Shown here piece by piece: positions 29,097 through 38,204 of a stretch of DNA of 64,000 bases. Both the position numbers and the translations under genes were made by a program. Below the pieces are notes generated by a model. That model was not told where the DNA came from, ran no database searches, and was given only the letters and a program-made list of their open reading frames with translations. How positions within the stretch are numbered: the stretch's first letter is position 1; the number at the start of each line of letters is the position of its first letter. Origin of the DNA: Spirochaetia bacterium (lineage in GTDB: Bacteria > Spirochaetota > Spirochaetia > CAKZLE01). Where the stretch lies: assembly GCA_963677595.1 (NCBI GenBank), contig OY782041.1, positions 1,728,001-1,792,000 on the forward strand, written 5' to 3'.

Positions 29097-29879
29097 ATGC
29101 ACAGAAGAACACTCCTGATCTCTGATATCGACGGGACCCTGCTTTCAGGCAGGGAGCCGGTCCCGAAATCCGTGATCGACGCCGCACAAGCGTTCATGGA
29201 TCGCGGGAACCTGCTCTCCTTCTGCACGGGGAGGTCTCTCTCCTCTGCCCGTGAGGTGTACTCCATGCTGCCAGTGAATGCCCCCTCGATCCTCTTCGGG
29301 GGAGCTCTCCTGTATGACTTCACAAATGCGGAGATCCTTTCTGCCCACTACCTTCCCCCCTCACTCCCGAACCTGATCGAGAGCATACTCTCTTACGATA
29401 GCGGGATCAGCGTTGCCGTCTCCGGCGTGGAGCAGACCTGGGTGCTGAGGAGCAATGAGGTATTCGAGCAGAAAGCGCTTGCCCATGACCGGGACGGGAT
29501 TCGGACGGACACACTCCCTGACAGTCAACTGCTCAAGGTCCTGCTCACTTCAGAGGATCCGCAAACACTGAACAGGATGAAGGAGCACTGCATCCCTGAA
29601 GGGCTCTATCATGCACAGTTCGCCTCTAGCCATTTCTTCGAGATCGTGTCCATCACAACAAGCAAGGGGCATGCGGTAGCAGAACTCCTCTCCCTTATCC
29701 CGGGACGGGTCAGGACCTGCGGAGCAGGGGACTCGATCACCGACCTCTCGTTGGCAGCTGCAGTAGAGGCGTTCTATGCCCCGGAGGATGCCCATACTGC
29801 CGTACTCGAACATGCCAGAGGCACCTTCCCCCCTGCACGGGAGGGAGGGATCGCACAGCTGTTCGGGGAACTGACATAA
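29097..29879 (+). CDS. Cof-type HAD-IIB hydrolase
   Basis: DIDGTL, CTGRS, SKG.A, GDSITD. Confidence 0.88.
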   Translation: MHRRTLLISDIDGTLLSGREPVPKSVIDAAQAFMDRGNLLSFCTGRSLSSAREVYSMLPVNAPSILFGGALLYDFTNAEILSAHYLPPSLPNLIESILSYDSGISVAVSGVEQTWVLRSNEVFEQKALAHDRDGIRTDTLPDSQLLKVLLTSEDPQTLNRMKEHCIPEGLYHAQFASSHFFEIVSITTSKGHAVAELLSLIPGRVRTCGAGDSITDLSLAAAVEAFYAPEDAHTAVLEHARGTFPPAREGGIAQLFGELT

Positions 29880-30016
29880 CCTGGTGATTTCCTTTCATCA
29901 GGTATCAGAGATCATTATTCTATTTCTATGCCGCCATAGCCCAATCATCCAGCAGAGATAGGTAACGCCAGTACTGGAATCTGTTTGTGATGGTGTGTTC
30001 TTCAACAGAATGAAAG

Positions 30017-30082
30017 TGTTGTAAAAATAAAACAACATTGTGCTGTACAATTTATAAAAGATGTTGTAATATTTATACAACA
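30017..30082. promoter_or_regulatory. Three tandem 21-bp operator palindromes upstream of the XRE gene
   Basis: TGTTGTA-N7-(T/A)ACAACA at 30017 and 30062; degenerate copy at 30041. Confidence 0.7.
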
Positions 30083-30132
30083 CAAGGTTGGGTTTGAAAA
30101 TACTAAACAACAAGGAAATGAGGGGTGGTGCT

Positions 30133-30522
30133 ATGGCAGAGAATAAAAGGAATTCATTTGCGTTATTGATGCATAACAAGATGAAAGAGAGGAAACTGAC
30201 GTTACGTGAAGTATCTCGGAGAAGTGGGATTGATGTCGGGAACCTGTCAAGAATTGAAAGGGGTAATACATATCCCCCCAAAAAGAGGGAAGTATTATTG
30301 AAACTTGCTGAGGCTCTACAAATGGATTCCACGGAAACAGAGAGCCTGATTGAACAATCTAAATTTATCAATGGACAACTTGTAAACGAACTCCAGAATG
30401 TAAGGGAGATGAATGTTATACCGATGTTATTAAGAGCAATAGATAATGAGAAATTAAGGGAAGAAGATGTGGAGAAACTCATTGAAATGATCAAGGATGC
30501 CAATACATTCAAAGAGAATTAG
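30133..30522 (+). CDS. XRE-family transcriptional regulator
   Basis: LTLREVSRRSGIDVGNLSRIERG HTH. Confidence 0.85.
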   Translation: MAENKRNSFALLMHNKMKERKLTLREVSRRSGIDVGNLSRIERGNTYPPKKREVLLKLAEALQMDSTETESLIEQSKFINGQLVNELQNVREMNVIPMLLRAIDNEKLREEDVEKLIEMIKDANTFKEN

Positions 30523-30539
30523 GGATAAAGGTAGATTTT

Positions 30540-31191
30540 ATGGTTTTCACGTATAAGTATATTCCGTTTGAAAGGTATCCCGAGATTGTACAAGAGTTCT
30601 TAGCTGGACAAGATTGGGATCATGATGTTTTTTATTGATCCTGAGATTATTTGTCAAAATCTAGATTTTGGTCCTCCAATTCTGTATCCAGATTTGAGGC
30701 TGCGGCTTGGGATAAAAGGTGCTGCTGTTCTTGTTGATGATGAATTCCAAATCTATGTGGATGAATACCATTATAATCATGAAGAACGTAGTTGTAACTT
30801 TACCATTGGAGAAGAGCTTGGTCACATTGCTATGCATCTATAAGAATACCAAGGGACGGGGATTGCTGTGGATGAATGGGCACGGGTTACAAGAGATCTC
30901 TCAAAGCGAGATAATAAATACTTGCATCAACAAGCCAGATGCTTTTCAAGTCATCTTCTATTACCCCAGTCAAAGTTGACAGATTATGCGATTAGCGTTG
31001 TCCAGAAGCATTACCATGAAATTGACAGAGGATTGAACTTCAGTGATGATCTTTTAGCTGATACGATTGCTGACTATTTATATGACTCAATACCGTTATC
31101 AAGGTGGATCCTTAAATTCTCATTAACTCGGTATCCGGATCGACCAATAGATAAGATAATCAAGAAATGGCCGGAATTGCTGCGGATGTGA
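30540..31191 (+). pseudogene. ImmA/IrrE-like metallopeptidase pseudogene
   Basis: ATG 30540; +1 frameshift in the T6 run near 30630; in-frame TAA at 30841; FTIGEELGH and QARCFSSHLLLP motifs. Confidence 0.75.
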
Positions 31192-31402
31192 GTATAGCCA
31201 TTCTGATGTCTTCGAGTGGTAAAATCAGGTTCGGAGAGAACAAAGATATTCAAGGTTTCTATATGGATGGATATCATATATCGTATCACAAGAGTTCCTG
31301 GACAATGACGGGAATACTGCACATATGTCCAGGGATCTATTCTCGTGGGTGTTGCCAGCCGACTGGGAACCCAACACAATGAAACGTGCTTCGGGGATAG
31401 CA
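31190..31402 (-). pseudogene. Minimal nucleotidyltransferase (MNT) relic
   Basis: PEARFIVLGSQ...LDICAVFPSLS then VLSEPDFTTR in another frame; clear DNA similarity to 43298-43606. Confidence 0.75.
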
Positions 31403-31471
31403 TCAGTCGTGATTATTTCAATCAAATAGAAAAAGTTAGAAAAATACCAAATATTTTCATTCAAATGAATA

Positions 31472-31500
31472 TTGACAATGCATATCCTGGTTCTTATAGT
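31472..31500 (+). promoter_or_regulatory. Sigma-70 promoter of AAA gene 2
   Basis: TTGACA-17-TATAGT. Confidence 0.7.
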
Positions 31501-31517
31501 GGAATAGAAGAAGGTGT

Positions 31518-32735
31518 GTGATGATAGAACGAAGAAAATATCTGGAAATACTGAAGGCAAATCAGGATAGGGATATAATCAAGGTGGTGACCGGGGTACG
31601 GCGCAGTGGGAAATCAACCCTGTTCACCCTCTTCATTGACCATCTCCTTACCGCGGGCGTTAACCCGGAGCAGGTCATATTCATAAACCTTGAGGACCTG
31701 GCGAACGAGGAGCTACTCGACTACCACAAGCTGTATGAGCATATCGTCAGCCGACTCGCTCCTGCAGGAACCACCTATATCTTTATCGATGAGATCCAGT
31801 CATGCACTGGTTTCGAGAAAGTGGTAGACAGCCTGTTCATCAGGAAGGGAACGGACATCTACATCACCGGGTCCAATGCCCACATGCTGTCAGGAGAACT
31901 GGCTACCCTGCTTTCCGGCAGGTATATCACGATAGAGGTCCTCCCCTTCTCATTCAGGGAATTCACTGAAGCTAAGGCATCGGAACAGAAAGACAGGCGA
32001 ACCCTGTTCGATGAGTATATGAGAGACGGGTCCTTTCCCTATCTTTCCAGCTCTGGTGGTGACGAGCAGGTGGTCAAGCCGTATCTCGAAGGGCTCTTTC
32101 ACACGATACTGATCAAGGATATCGCGAGCAGGGAACAGGTCTCAGATATACAGCAGCTTGAGAATATCGTGAAGGTCTTGGCCAGCAGTGTCGGCAGTCC
32201 CATCTCGATCAAGCGTATATGTGATACGCTGGTATCAGCAGGCCGCCCGATCGCCCTCAACACGGTATCAAGCTATGTGAAGGCCCTGACTGACAGCTAC
32301 CTCTTCTACCAGGTCGCACGCTATGATGTCCGGGGCCGGCAGTTCCTCCGGACCAACGGCAAGTATTATCTGGTAGATAGTGGTATCAGGAACCATCTGC
32401 TGTCAGGTTCATCATCCGACCTTGGCCATATCATAGAGAATATCGTCTATCTTGAACTTCGTCGGAGGTACGGAAAGGTCAATATAGGGAAACTTGACAA
32501 ACGGGAGATCGATTTCGTTGCGGTTTCTCACAGTGAGACTGTCTATTATCAGGTAACAGCAACCATGATGGACGAGAAGACAGCAGAACGGGAACTGGCT
32601 CCGCTGAGAAAGATCAGGGATAATCACCGGAAGATCGTATTGAGCCTGGATGAGTTCCTGGTTCCGGCAGATTATGACGGCATCAAACACCTGAATCTTA
32701 TTGACTGGCTGCTTGAAGAGGATCTGCGGGTGTGA
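31518..32735 (+). CDS. AAA+ ATPase, AAA_14/DUF4143 type
   Basis: GVRRSGKS, FIDEIQ, ITGSNA...LSGR, KYYLVDSGIR, EIDFV...YYQV. Confidence 0.9.
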   Translation: MMIERRKYLEILKANQDRDIIKVVTGVRRSGKSTLFTLFIDHLLTAGVNPEQVIFINLEDLANEELLDYHKLYEHIVSRLAPAGTTYIFIDEIQSCTGFEKVVDSLFIRKGTDIYITGSNAHMLSGELATLLSGRYITIEVLPFSFREFTEAKASEQKDRRTLFDEYMRDGSFPYLSSSGGDEQVVKPYLEGLFHTILIKDIASREQVSDIQQLENIVKVLASSVGSPISIKRICDTLVSAGRPIALNTVSSYVKALTDSYLFYQVARYDVRGRQFLRTNGKYYLVDSGIRNHLLSGSSSDLGHIIENIVYLELRRRYGKVNIGKLDKREIDFVAVSHSETVYYQVTATMMDEKTAERELAPLRKIRDNHRKIVLSLDEFLVPADYDGIKHLNLIDWLLEEDLRV

Positions 32736-32804
32736 AGCGGTAAAGAGGATTCCCGCACTACACCCTGCTGATTTACTCGGACCTGTCCGTATGGGATACA
32801 AGCA

Positions 32805-32827
32805 GGGCTGCCGCAGTGCGGCAGCCC
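32805..32827. terminator. Hairpin between convergent genes
   Basis: GGGCTGCCGC...GCGGCAGCCC. Confidence 0.6.
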
Positions 32828-32869
32828 CAATCAATCCAACTCTACAATAACCGTATCTTCAGGTTTCTG

Positions 32870-33964
32870 TTAGTTCGTCTTGTAGACCAGTACGAGACCT
32901 GATCTCTGGAATACCTGTGCGACTTCCGTCAACTCCATGCCGGCTGCATCAGCGGCGATGAGGTTGGAGACCCAGGTCACGCCGAAGTCGACCTGTCCTG
33001 TGTAGACTGCCGTGGTCTCCCCGATGTCACCGCCCCCTGGGACGATGGTCACGTTCAGACCGGCTTCTTCGTAGTAGCCCTTGGCAAGGGCTACGTAGTA
33101 CCCCATGAACTGTGCCTGGGGTAGCCATTTCAGCTGGATGCTGACGTCTGTTTTCTCGACTGGGAATGAACCGGATGAAGCCATGGCCTCCTCCCAGTAC
33201 GATGCATCCCTGATGTCATCGAGGGTCATCGCATCGAGTGCTGCGGCAGCGACGGAGTCCTCGAGCTTGATATAGGTCTTTGCCAACTCCAGGGTCTGCC
33301 CCATCGCGTCCTCATCGATCTTGCCGTAGACCGTGACCTTGTTGCCCATGGTGTCCGTCTCGACGAGCTTCTTCACCTCAGCGGCCATATATGCCTGGTG
33401 CTCAGGTGATACGGAGGAGCCGTAGTCGAACACGATCTCGGCAGCCTCTTCCGGGTTCGCACAGGCATACTCCCAGCCCTTCATGGAAGCGTAGATGAAC
33501 GCCTTTACCGTGTTCGGGTTCGCAGCGGCGAAGTCAGCCGTGGTGAACAGGTTGTCCTCGAGCATGGCCACACCCTCGTCGTTCATGTCGATGAACGAAG
33601 CCTGGTCCCCATAGCCGTAGCCGCCGTCATAGCTGTTCTTGACCAGCCCGAGCTCATTGTAGGTCATGGCTGATGCCAGCAGGATCGAATCATCATCGAA
33701 GCCGTCCATGTCGAATGCCTGGCTCAGGTACGACGTGGGAAGGTCATACTTGGTCAGCAGGGCAAGGACCTCATACTCGTTACCGAGACCCCAGTTTCCC
33801 ACCTGGCCCTTCGTGGCCGCATCGGTCACGATCGACTTGACGGATGCATCTGCTGCGTAATAGGAACTCTCCTCCGCAGTCTCTGTATTGCCGCCGGCGA
33901 ACGCACTTGCAGCAGCCGCAAAAAGAACAATCATAAGAAAAACGATTTTGCTCAACCTCTTCAT
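32870..33964 (-). CDS. NMT1/THI5-like ABC substrate-binding protein (circularly permuted), probable pyrimidine uptake
   Basis: Signal peptide; GNEY, SAMTYNE, VKAFIYASMKGWEYA; the QLKWLPQAQFMGYYVA..KGYY block is at the C-terminus. Confidence 0.85.
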   Translation of the reverse strand: MKRLSKIVFLMIVLFAAAASAFAGGNTETAEESSYYAADASVKSIVTDAATKGQVGNWGLGNEYEVLALLTKYDLPTSYLSQAFDMDGFDDDSILLASAMTYNELGLVKNSYDGGYGYGDQASFIDMNDEGVAMLEDNLFTTADFAAANPNTVKAFIYASMKGWEYACANPEEAAEIVFDYGSSVSPEHQAYMAAEVKKLVETDTMGNKVTVYGKIDEDAMGQTLELAKTYIKLEDSVAAAALDAMTLDDIRDASYWEEAMASSGSFPVEKTDVSIQLKWLPQAQFMGYYVALAKGYYEEAGLNVTIVPGGGDIGETTAVYTGQVDFGVTWVSNLIAADAAGMELTEVAQVFQRSGLVLVYKTN

Positions 33965-34007
33965 TCTGTCACTCCTCACATTGATTAAAATATATGAACT
34001 CCGCCGG

Positions 34008-34817
34008 TTACGGACGGCCTTTCATGCTCACTCTCTCTACCGCGAGCAGGATCACGTACATGGTGATCCCGATCGCGATCGCCGCGATGATATACGCCCA
34101 GGCAGTCGCGTACTGCGCAAGGACGATGTTCTCCCGTATCTGCCTGCCGACCCCGATGATGTACTCAGCGAAGTACTCGCTCACCATGGCGCTGATCACG
34201 CTTGCCGGGACACTGACCCGCAGCGCGGTGAAGATATAGGGGACAGAGTTCGGTACCTTCAGCTTCAGGAAGATCGTCCCCTTGCCTGCGGCGAACGACT
34301 TCATCAGGTCTTCGGAGAAGGGCTTCAGCTCCGTGAACCCCCTGTAGGCGTTGACGCTCATGGACACCGTGCAGGTGATCATGACGACCAGGATCTTCGC
34401 CAGCATGCTCCGGATGTTCGGGTCCCTGCTGAAATCCTTGGTAAGGTTATTGAGGATCGGGGCGATCGCTATGATCGGTATGGCGTTGAATGACGCGACG
34501 ACCGATAGGCCCCCGACACCCCATTTCGGGAAGCCTGAAGCGATGATCGCGAGCAGGTACCCGAGCAGTGAGCCCAGGAGGAGCCCGCCGAGGGCCACGA
34601 TGACCGTAGCCCGCATGTTGATGAGGATCTTCCCGATGTTCTCGGTGATGATCCCGATGATCCGCCCCGGGAGGGGCAGGGTGAACGTGTCAGCCCCGAG
34701 GAAGTGGTGCAGGATCTGCGACTGCCACAGGATGATGACGATCACACCCAGCAGTACGGGCATGGCGATCGTTGAGAACCTGTTCCGGTCAAACCTGTTT
34801 CGTGCCATACTGATCAC
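34008..34817 (-). CDS. ABC permease (TauC/SsuC type)
   Basis: LPLP, AIPIIAIAP, KLKVPNSVPYIFTAL. Confidence 0.9.
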   Translation of the reverse strand: MISMARNRFDRNRFSTIAMPVLLGVIVIILWQSQILHHFLGADTFTLPLPGRIIGIITENIGKILINMRATVIVALGGLLLGSLLGYLLAIIASGFPKWGVGGLSVVASFNAIPIIAIAPILNNLTKDFSRDPNIRSMLAKILVVMITCTVSMSVNAYRGFTELKPFSEDLMKSFAAGKGTIFLKLKVPNSVPYIFTALRVSVPASVISAMVSEYFAEYIIGVGRQIRENIVLAQYATAWAYIIAAIAIGITMYVILLAVERVSMKGRP

Positions 34818-35632
34818 CTCGCTCCCTTGGCTTTCTCATGCGGAGAGAAGACCTTCTCCGCGAAGGACATGAGTTTGTAGCTCAGGATTCCCACTGCGGC
34901 ACTGAAGAAGACGATCTGCCAGAACACGAAGATGGACATGGCATGCTTCAGCGACTGGGACAGCATCGTCCCCAGTCCAGCCCCGCCCTGCAGCGTGTCG
35001 ACGAGGATCGAGGCCGTGATCGCCATGGGTGCGGCGATCTTCAGGCCGGAGAAGATATAAGGGATGCTCGTCGGCAGGAGCAGCTTCGTGTAGATATGCC
35101 AGCGGTTCGCTGCCAGGGAGTGCATGAGGTCGTACTTCTCCTTCTCCACCGACTTGAGCCCGTCCAGCATGTTCGTTGCCACGGGGTAGAAGGTCAGGAT
35201 CGCCGCGATGACGATACGGCTCTCGTTAATATCCTGGGTGATCGCGAGGACGATCGGCGCCATCCCGAGGATGGGGATCATCTGGATCATCATCAGGTAG
35301 GGGAATACCGCCTTCTCGACCTGCGACACCAGGTTCATCGCCAGGGCGAGGAAGAACCCGACCACCGCCCCGATACCGAACCCGATACCGGCCCGCAGCA
35401 GCGTGATCCCTGCATTCGTGATGACGATCTGGAACGCAGTCTGTTTGTTGCTGACCATCTTGTCGCTGAAGACAGAGGCGACGATCTGTCCCAGATGGGG
35501 CAGGACGTTCTCAGGGGTCCGTTTCGTATGTTCTATGACGGTCGCACCGATCTCCCAAACGATGATGAGGGCGATGACCCAGACGAGGATCACCAACCGG
35601 TCCGCCAGTTTGTCTTTCCGGGCTTTTGTCAT
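34814..35632 (-). CDS. ABC permease (TauC/SsuC type)
   Basis: QMIPILGMAP, TFYPV, KLLLPTSIPYIFSGL. Confidence 0.9.
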   Translation of the reverse strand: MTKARKDKLADRLVILVWVIALIIVWEIGATVIEHTKRTPENVLPHLGQIVASVFSDKMVSNKQTAFQIVITNAGITLLRAGIGFGIGAVVGFFLALAMNLVSQVEKAVFPYLMMIQMIPILGMAPIVLAITQDINESRIVIAAILTFYPVATNMLDGLKSVEKEKYDLMHSLAANRWHIYTKLLLPTSIPYIFSGLKIAAPMAITASILVDTLQGGAGLGTMLSQSLKHAMSIFVFWQIVFFSAAVGILSYKLMSFAEKVFSPHEKAKGAR

Positions 35633-36414
35633 TCGTAGATTCCTTCAAAGCTGTTCCGTACCCGTGATACGAGGGTAGCGAACTCCGCAGTCTCCCGGAG
35701 AGCCATCTCCCGTGGTCTCGGCAGGTCGATATGGACGACAGCCGACACCCTCCCGGGGTGGGGCGAGAGCACCACGACGTCATCGGAGAGGAAGACCGAC
35801 TCCCGTATATTATGGGTCACGAAGAGGATGGTCTTCTTCGTCTCCTGCCAGATCCGCAGGAGGTCGATCTGCAGTTTCTCCTTGGTGAACTCATCAAGGG
35901 CGGAGAACGGCTCATCCATCAGGAGGATCTCAGGATCCAGCGCCAGGGCCCGCGCGATCCCGACCCGCTGCTGCATCCCGCCGCTGAGCTGATGCGGGTA
36001 CTTCCTCCCGAACTTGGTGAGCCCCACCAGTTCGAGGACCTCATCAACCCTCCGGGTCCGCTCCTTCTTATGCAGGCCGATGACCTCCATCGGCATGCAT
36101 ATGTTGCGCCGCACGGTCCTCCAGTCATAGAGGACCGGGCTCTGGAAGACGATGCCGTACTTCTGGCTCAACCGGATCTCCCTGGGGGTACGCCCCTTCA
36201 CGGAGATGATCCCCGAGGTCATCTCCTGGAGATCCGCTATGGACCTCAGCAGGGTGGTCTTCCCGCAGCCTGACGGTCCGAGCAGTGAAACGAAGGAACC
36301 CTCCTTGATGGCTATGTTCACATCCTTCAGGGCCTGGATATCGCCCCCATTGTCCTTATCCGGGAAATTGACACATAACCCCTTGATGTTGATCTCAGTC
36401 TCGTTCGTTTCCAC
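35629..36414 (-). CDS. ABC ATP-binding protein (TauB/SsuB type)
   Basis: GPSGCGKT, LSGGMQQR, LLMDEPF. GTG 36414 preferred because ATG 36480 overlaps the -24 box. Confidence 0.92.
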   Translation of the reverse strand: METNETEINIKGLCVNFPDKDNGGDIQALKDVNIAIKEGSFVSLLGPSGCGKTTLLRSIADLQEMTSGIISVKGRTPREIRLSQKYGIVFQSPVLYDWRTVRRNICMPMEVIGLHKKERTRRVDEVLELVGLTKFGRKYPHQLSGGMQQRVGIARALALDPEILLMDEPFSALDEFTKEKLQIDLLRIWQETKKTILFVTHNIRESVFLSDDVVVLSPHPGRVSAVVHIDLPRPREMALRETAEFATLVSRVRNSFEGIYE

Positions 36415-36463
36415 TATCTCGTTCCTTGCACATCTGTAGTTTTTCGTATTGACACTAAACAGT

Positions 36464-36479
36464 AGCAATTTATGTGCCA
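36464..36479 (-). promoter_or_regulatory. Sigma-54 promoter of the ABC operon
   Basis: TGGCAC-ATAAA-TTGCT on the - strand. Confidence 0.85.
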
Positions 36480-36833
36480 TAATCGCAGGACTCCAGGTTT
36501 TTCAGGCTGTATACAGGTGATTGGGAATGGTCCCATATGAAGAAGATCTCTATATATAAGGATTTATTGAACTGTTCCTGCATGATCGGCTCGGGAAGAG
36601 GAATAGTCTCCCAAAGCCCGGACCAGTGGGACAGAGAAAGGGGTTAGGCAGGTAATATTCATACGTAAATGTAAGACACTATGTAAAAAAATACATAATT
36701 GTAGGACATCGTGTCATATTTCATCCATAGTTTGAGGAGAAAGGAGGGAAATCACTGGAATTTAGTCCCCTTCTCCGGCCTGGTGTGCATCGAACGGCAG
36801 GAACAGGCTGTTTTTTGATCAGTCCCTGTTCGT

Positions 36834-36849
36834 TGGCATTGTTTATGCA
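36834..36849 (+). promoter_or_regulatory. Sigma-54 promoter of the pyrimidine degradation operon
   Basis: TGGCAT-TGTTT-ATGCA. Confidence 0.75.
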
Positions 36850-36938
36850 AGAACGTTCTGCGTATGTGCCCGGGGTTCCCCCGGCACATGGATCGTAACA
36901 AAAACATTGGCTCTGACCTAAAAAGGAAGTGAAACGGT

Positions 36939-38201
36939 ATGTACACATGCAGCTTAGACAGGATGACAGACAAGATCAAGACGTTCAGCACATTCGGCGA
37001 TGCAGGACATGGGGGAATCACCCGGTACACCCTCTCCCCTGAGGATATAGAGGCCCGCAACGAGTTCATACGGAGGATGGAAGCCATCGGGGCAGCCATC
37101 GAGTTCGATGATGTCGCGAATGTCTATGCCACCTTACCGGGGTCCGACCCGGATGCCAAGCGGATCGTCATGGGGTCACACACGGACTCCGTGAAGAACG
37201 GCGGGAACTATGACGGGATCCTCGGGGTCCAGTCCGCCATGGAGGTCCTCGAGACTGTCGCCGAACAGGGGATCGAACATACCCATCCCCTGACTGCCAT
37301 GATCTGGACGAACGAGGAAGGGTCCCTCTACCCGCCGGCGATGATGGTATCCGGGATCGTATGCTATGACTTCCTCCCCGAGGCTATCAAGGGGAAGTTC
37401 AAGTATGAGGACATGCTCGCATCAGTGAGCGTGCTCGATCCCTCCGATACCTTCGGCGATGCCCTCGAGCGGTCAGGCTTCAAGGGCGAGAAGAAATACC
37501 GGCTCCACCCTGACAACTACCAGAGCATGTTCGAGATCCATATCGAGCAGGGACCGATCCTGGAAGATGCCGGGAAGAACATCGGTGTCGTCGACTGCGT
37601 CCTGGGAATGTTCAACTACCGGTTCAGGTTCTACGGCCAGACCGTCCATGCGGGGACCTTCCCGATGCCCAAGCGGCAGGATGCCCTGTATGCGGCATCC
37701 CAGGTGATCTGCCATCTCCATGAGGAGATCGACAAGCTCGGGTACCCCGAGCTGGTGTATACCACCGGGGAGATCGTCTGCCACCCCAACGTCCATACCT
37801 GTGTCCCCGACTATGTGGACTTCTGCATCGACGTACGGCATGAGAGCCCCGAGGTCCTCGGGGAGGTCCTCGCGATCGTCACGGGCTGTGCTGATCAGGA
37901 ATGGGCCGGCTGTCGGTGCGAGGTCGGGAAGATGTGGAACCGGGATACCGTCTACTGGGACAAGAAGCTGTTCAGCTATGTGAAAGAAGCCGCTGAAGAG
38001 GTGGGTTCCTCCCACATGGTCCTCCACTCAGGTGCCGGGCACGATGCACAGTTCGCCGCATACATGATGCCGACGACCATGCTCTTCGTTCAGTCCAAGG
38101 ACGGCCTCTCCCACTGCGAACCGGAGTACTCAACACCGGAGCAGTGCACCGAGGGAGCGACCGTGCTGTTGAACGCAGTCCTGAAGGCTGACCGGGAGTA
38201 G
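36939..38201 (+). CDS. M20 Zn amidohydrolase, beta-ureidopropionase-like
   Basis: GSHTDSV..GG.YDG, WTNEEG, EIHIEQGP, HAGT, SGAGHDA. Confidence 0.9.
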   Translation: MYTCSLDRMTDKIKTFSTFGDAGHGGITRYTLSPEDIEARNEFIRRMEAIGAAIEFDDVANVYATLPGSDPDAKRIVMGSHTDSVKNGGNYDGILGVQSAMEVLETVAEQGIEHTHPLTAMIWTNEEGSLYPPAMMVSGIVCYDFLPEAIKGKFKYEDMLASVSVLDPSDTFGDALERSGFKGEKKYRLHPDNYQSMFEIHIEQGPILEDAGKNIGVVDCVLGMFNYRFRFYGQTVHAGTFPMPKRQDALYAASQVICHLHEEIDKLGYPELVYTTGEIVCHPNVHTCVPDYVDFCIDVRHESPEVLGEVLAIVTGCADQEWAGCRCEVGKMWNRDTVYWDKKLFSYVKEAAEEVGSSHMVLHSGAGHDAQFAAYMMPTTMLFVQSKDGLSHCEPEYSTPEQCTEGATVLLNAVLKADRE

Positions 38202-38204
38202 GGC

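Noticed and set aside
29898-30512. 204-aa minus-strand ORF
   Set aside because: Antisense to the XRE gene and its operators; no recognisable domain.
30841-30843. Stop-codon recoding in the ImmA-like gene
   Set aside because: The codon is TAA, not TGA or TAG, and a separate frameshift indicates decay.
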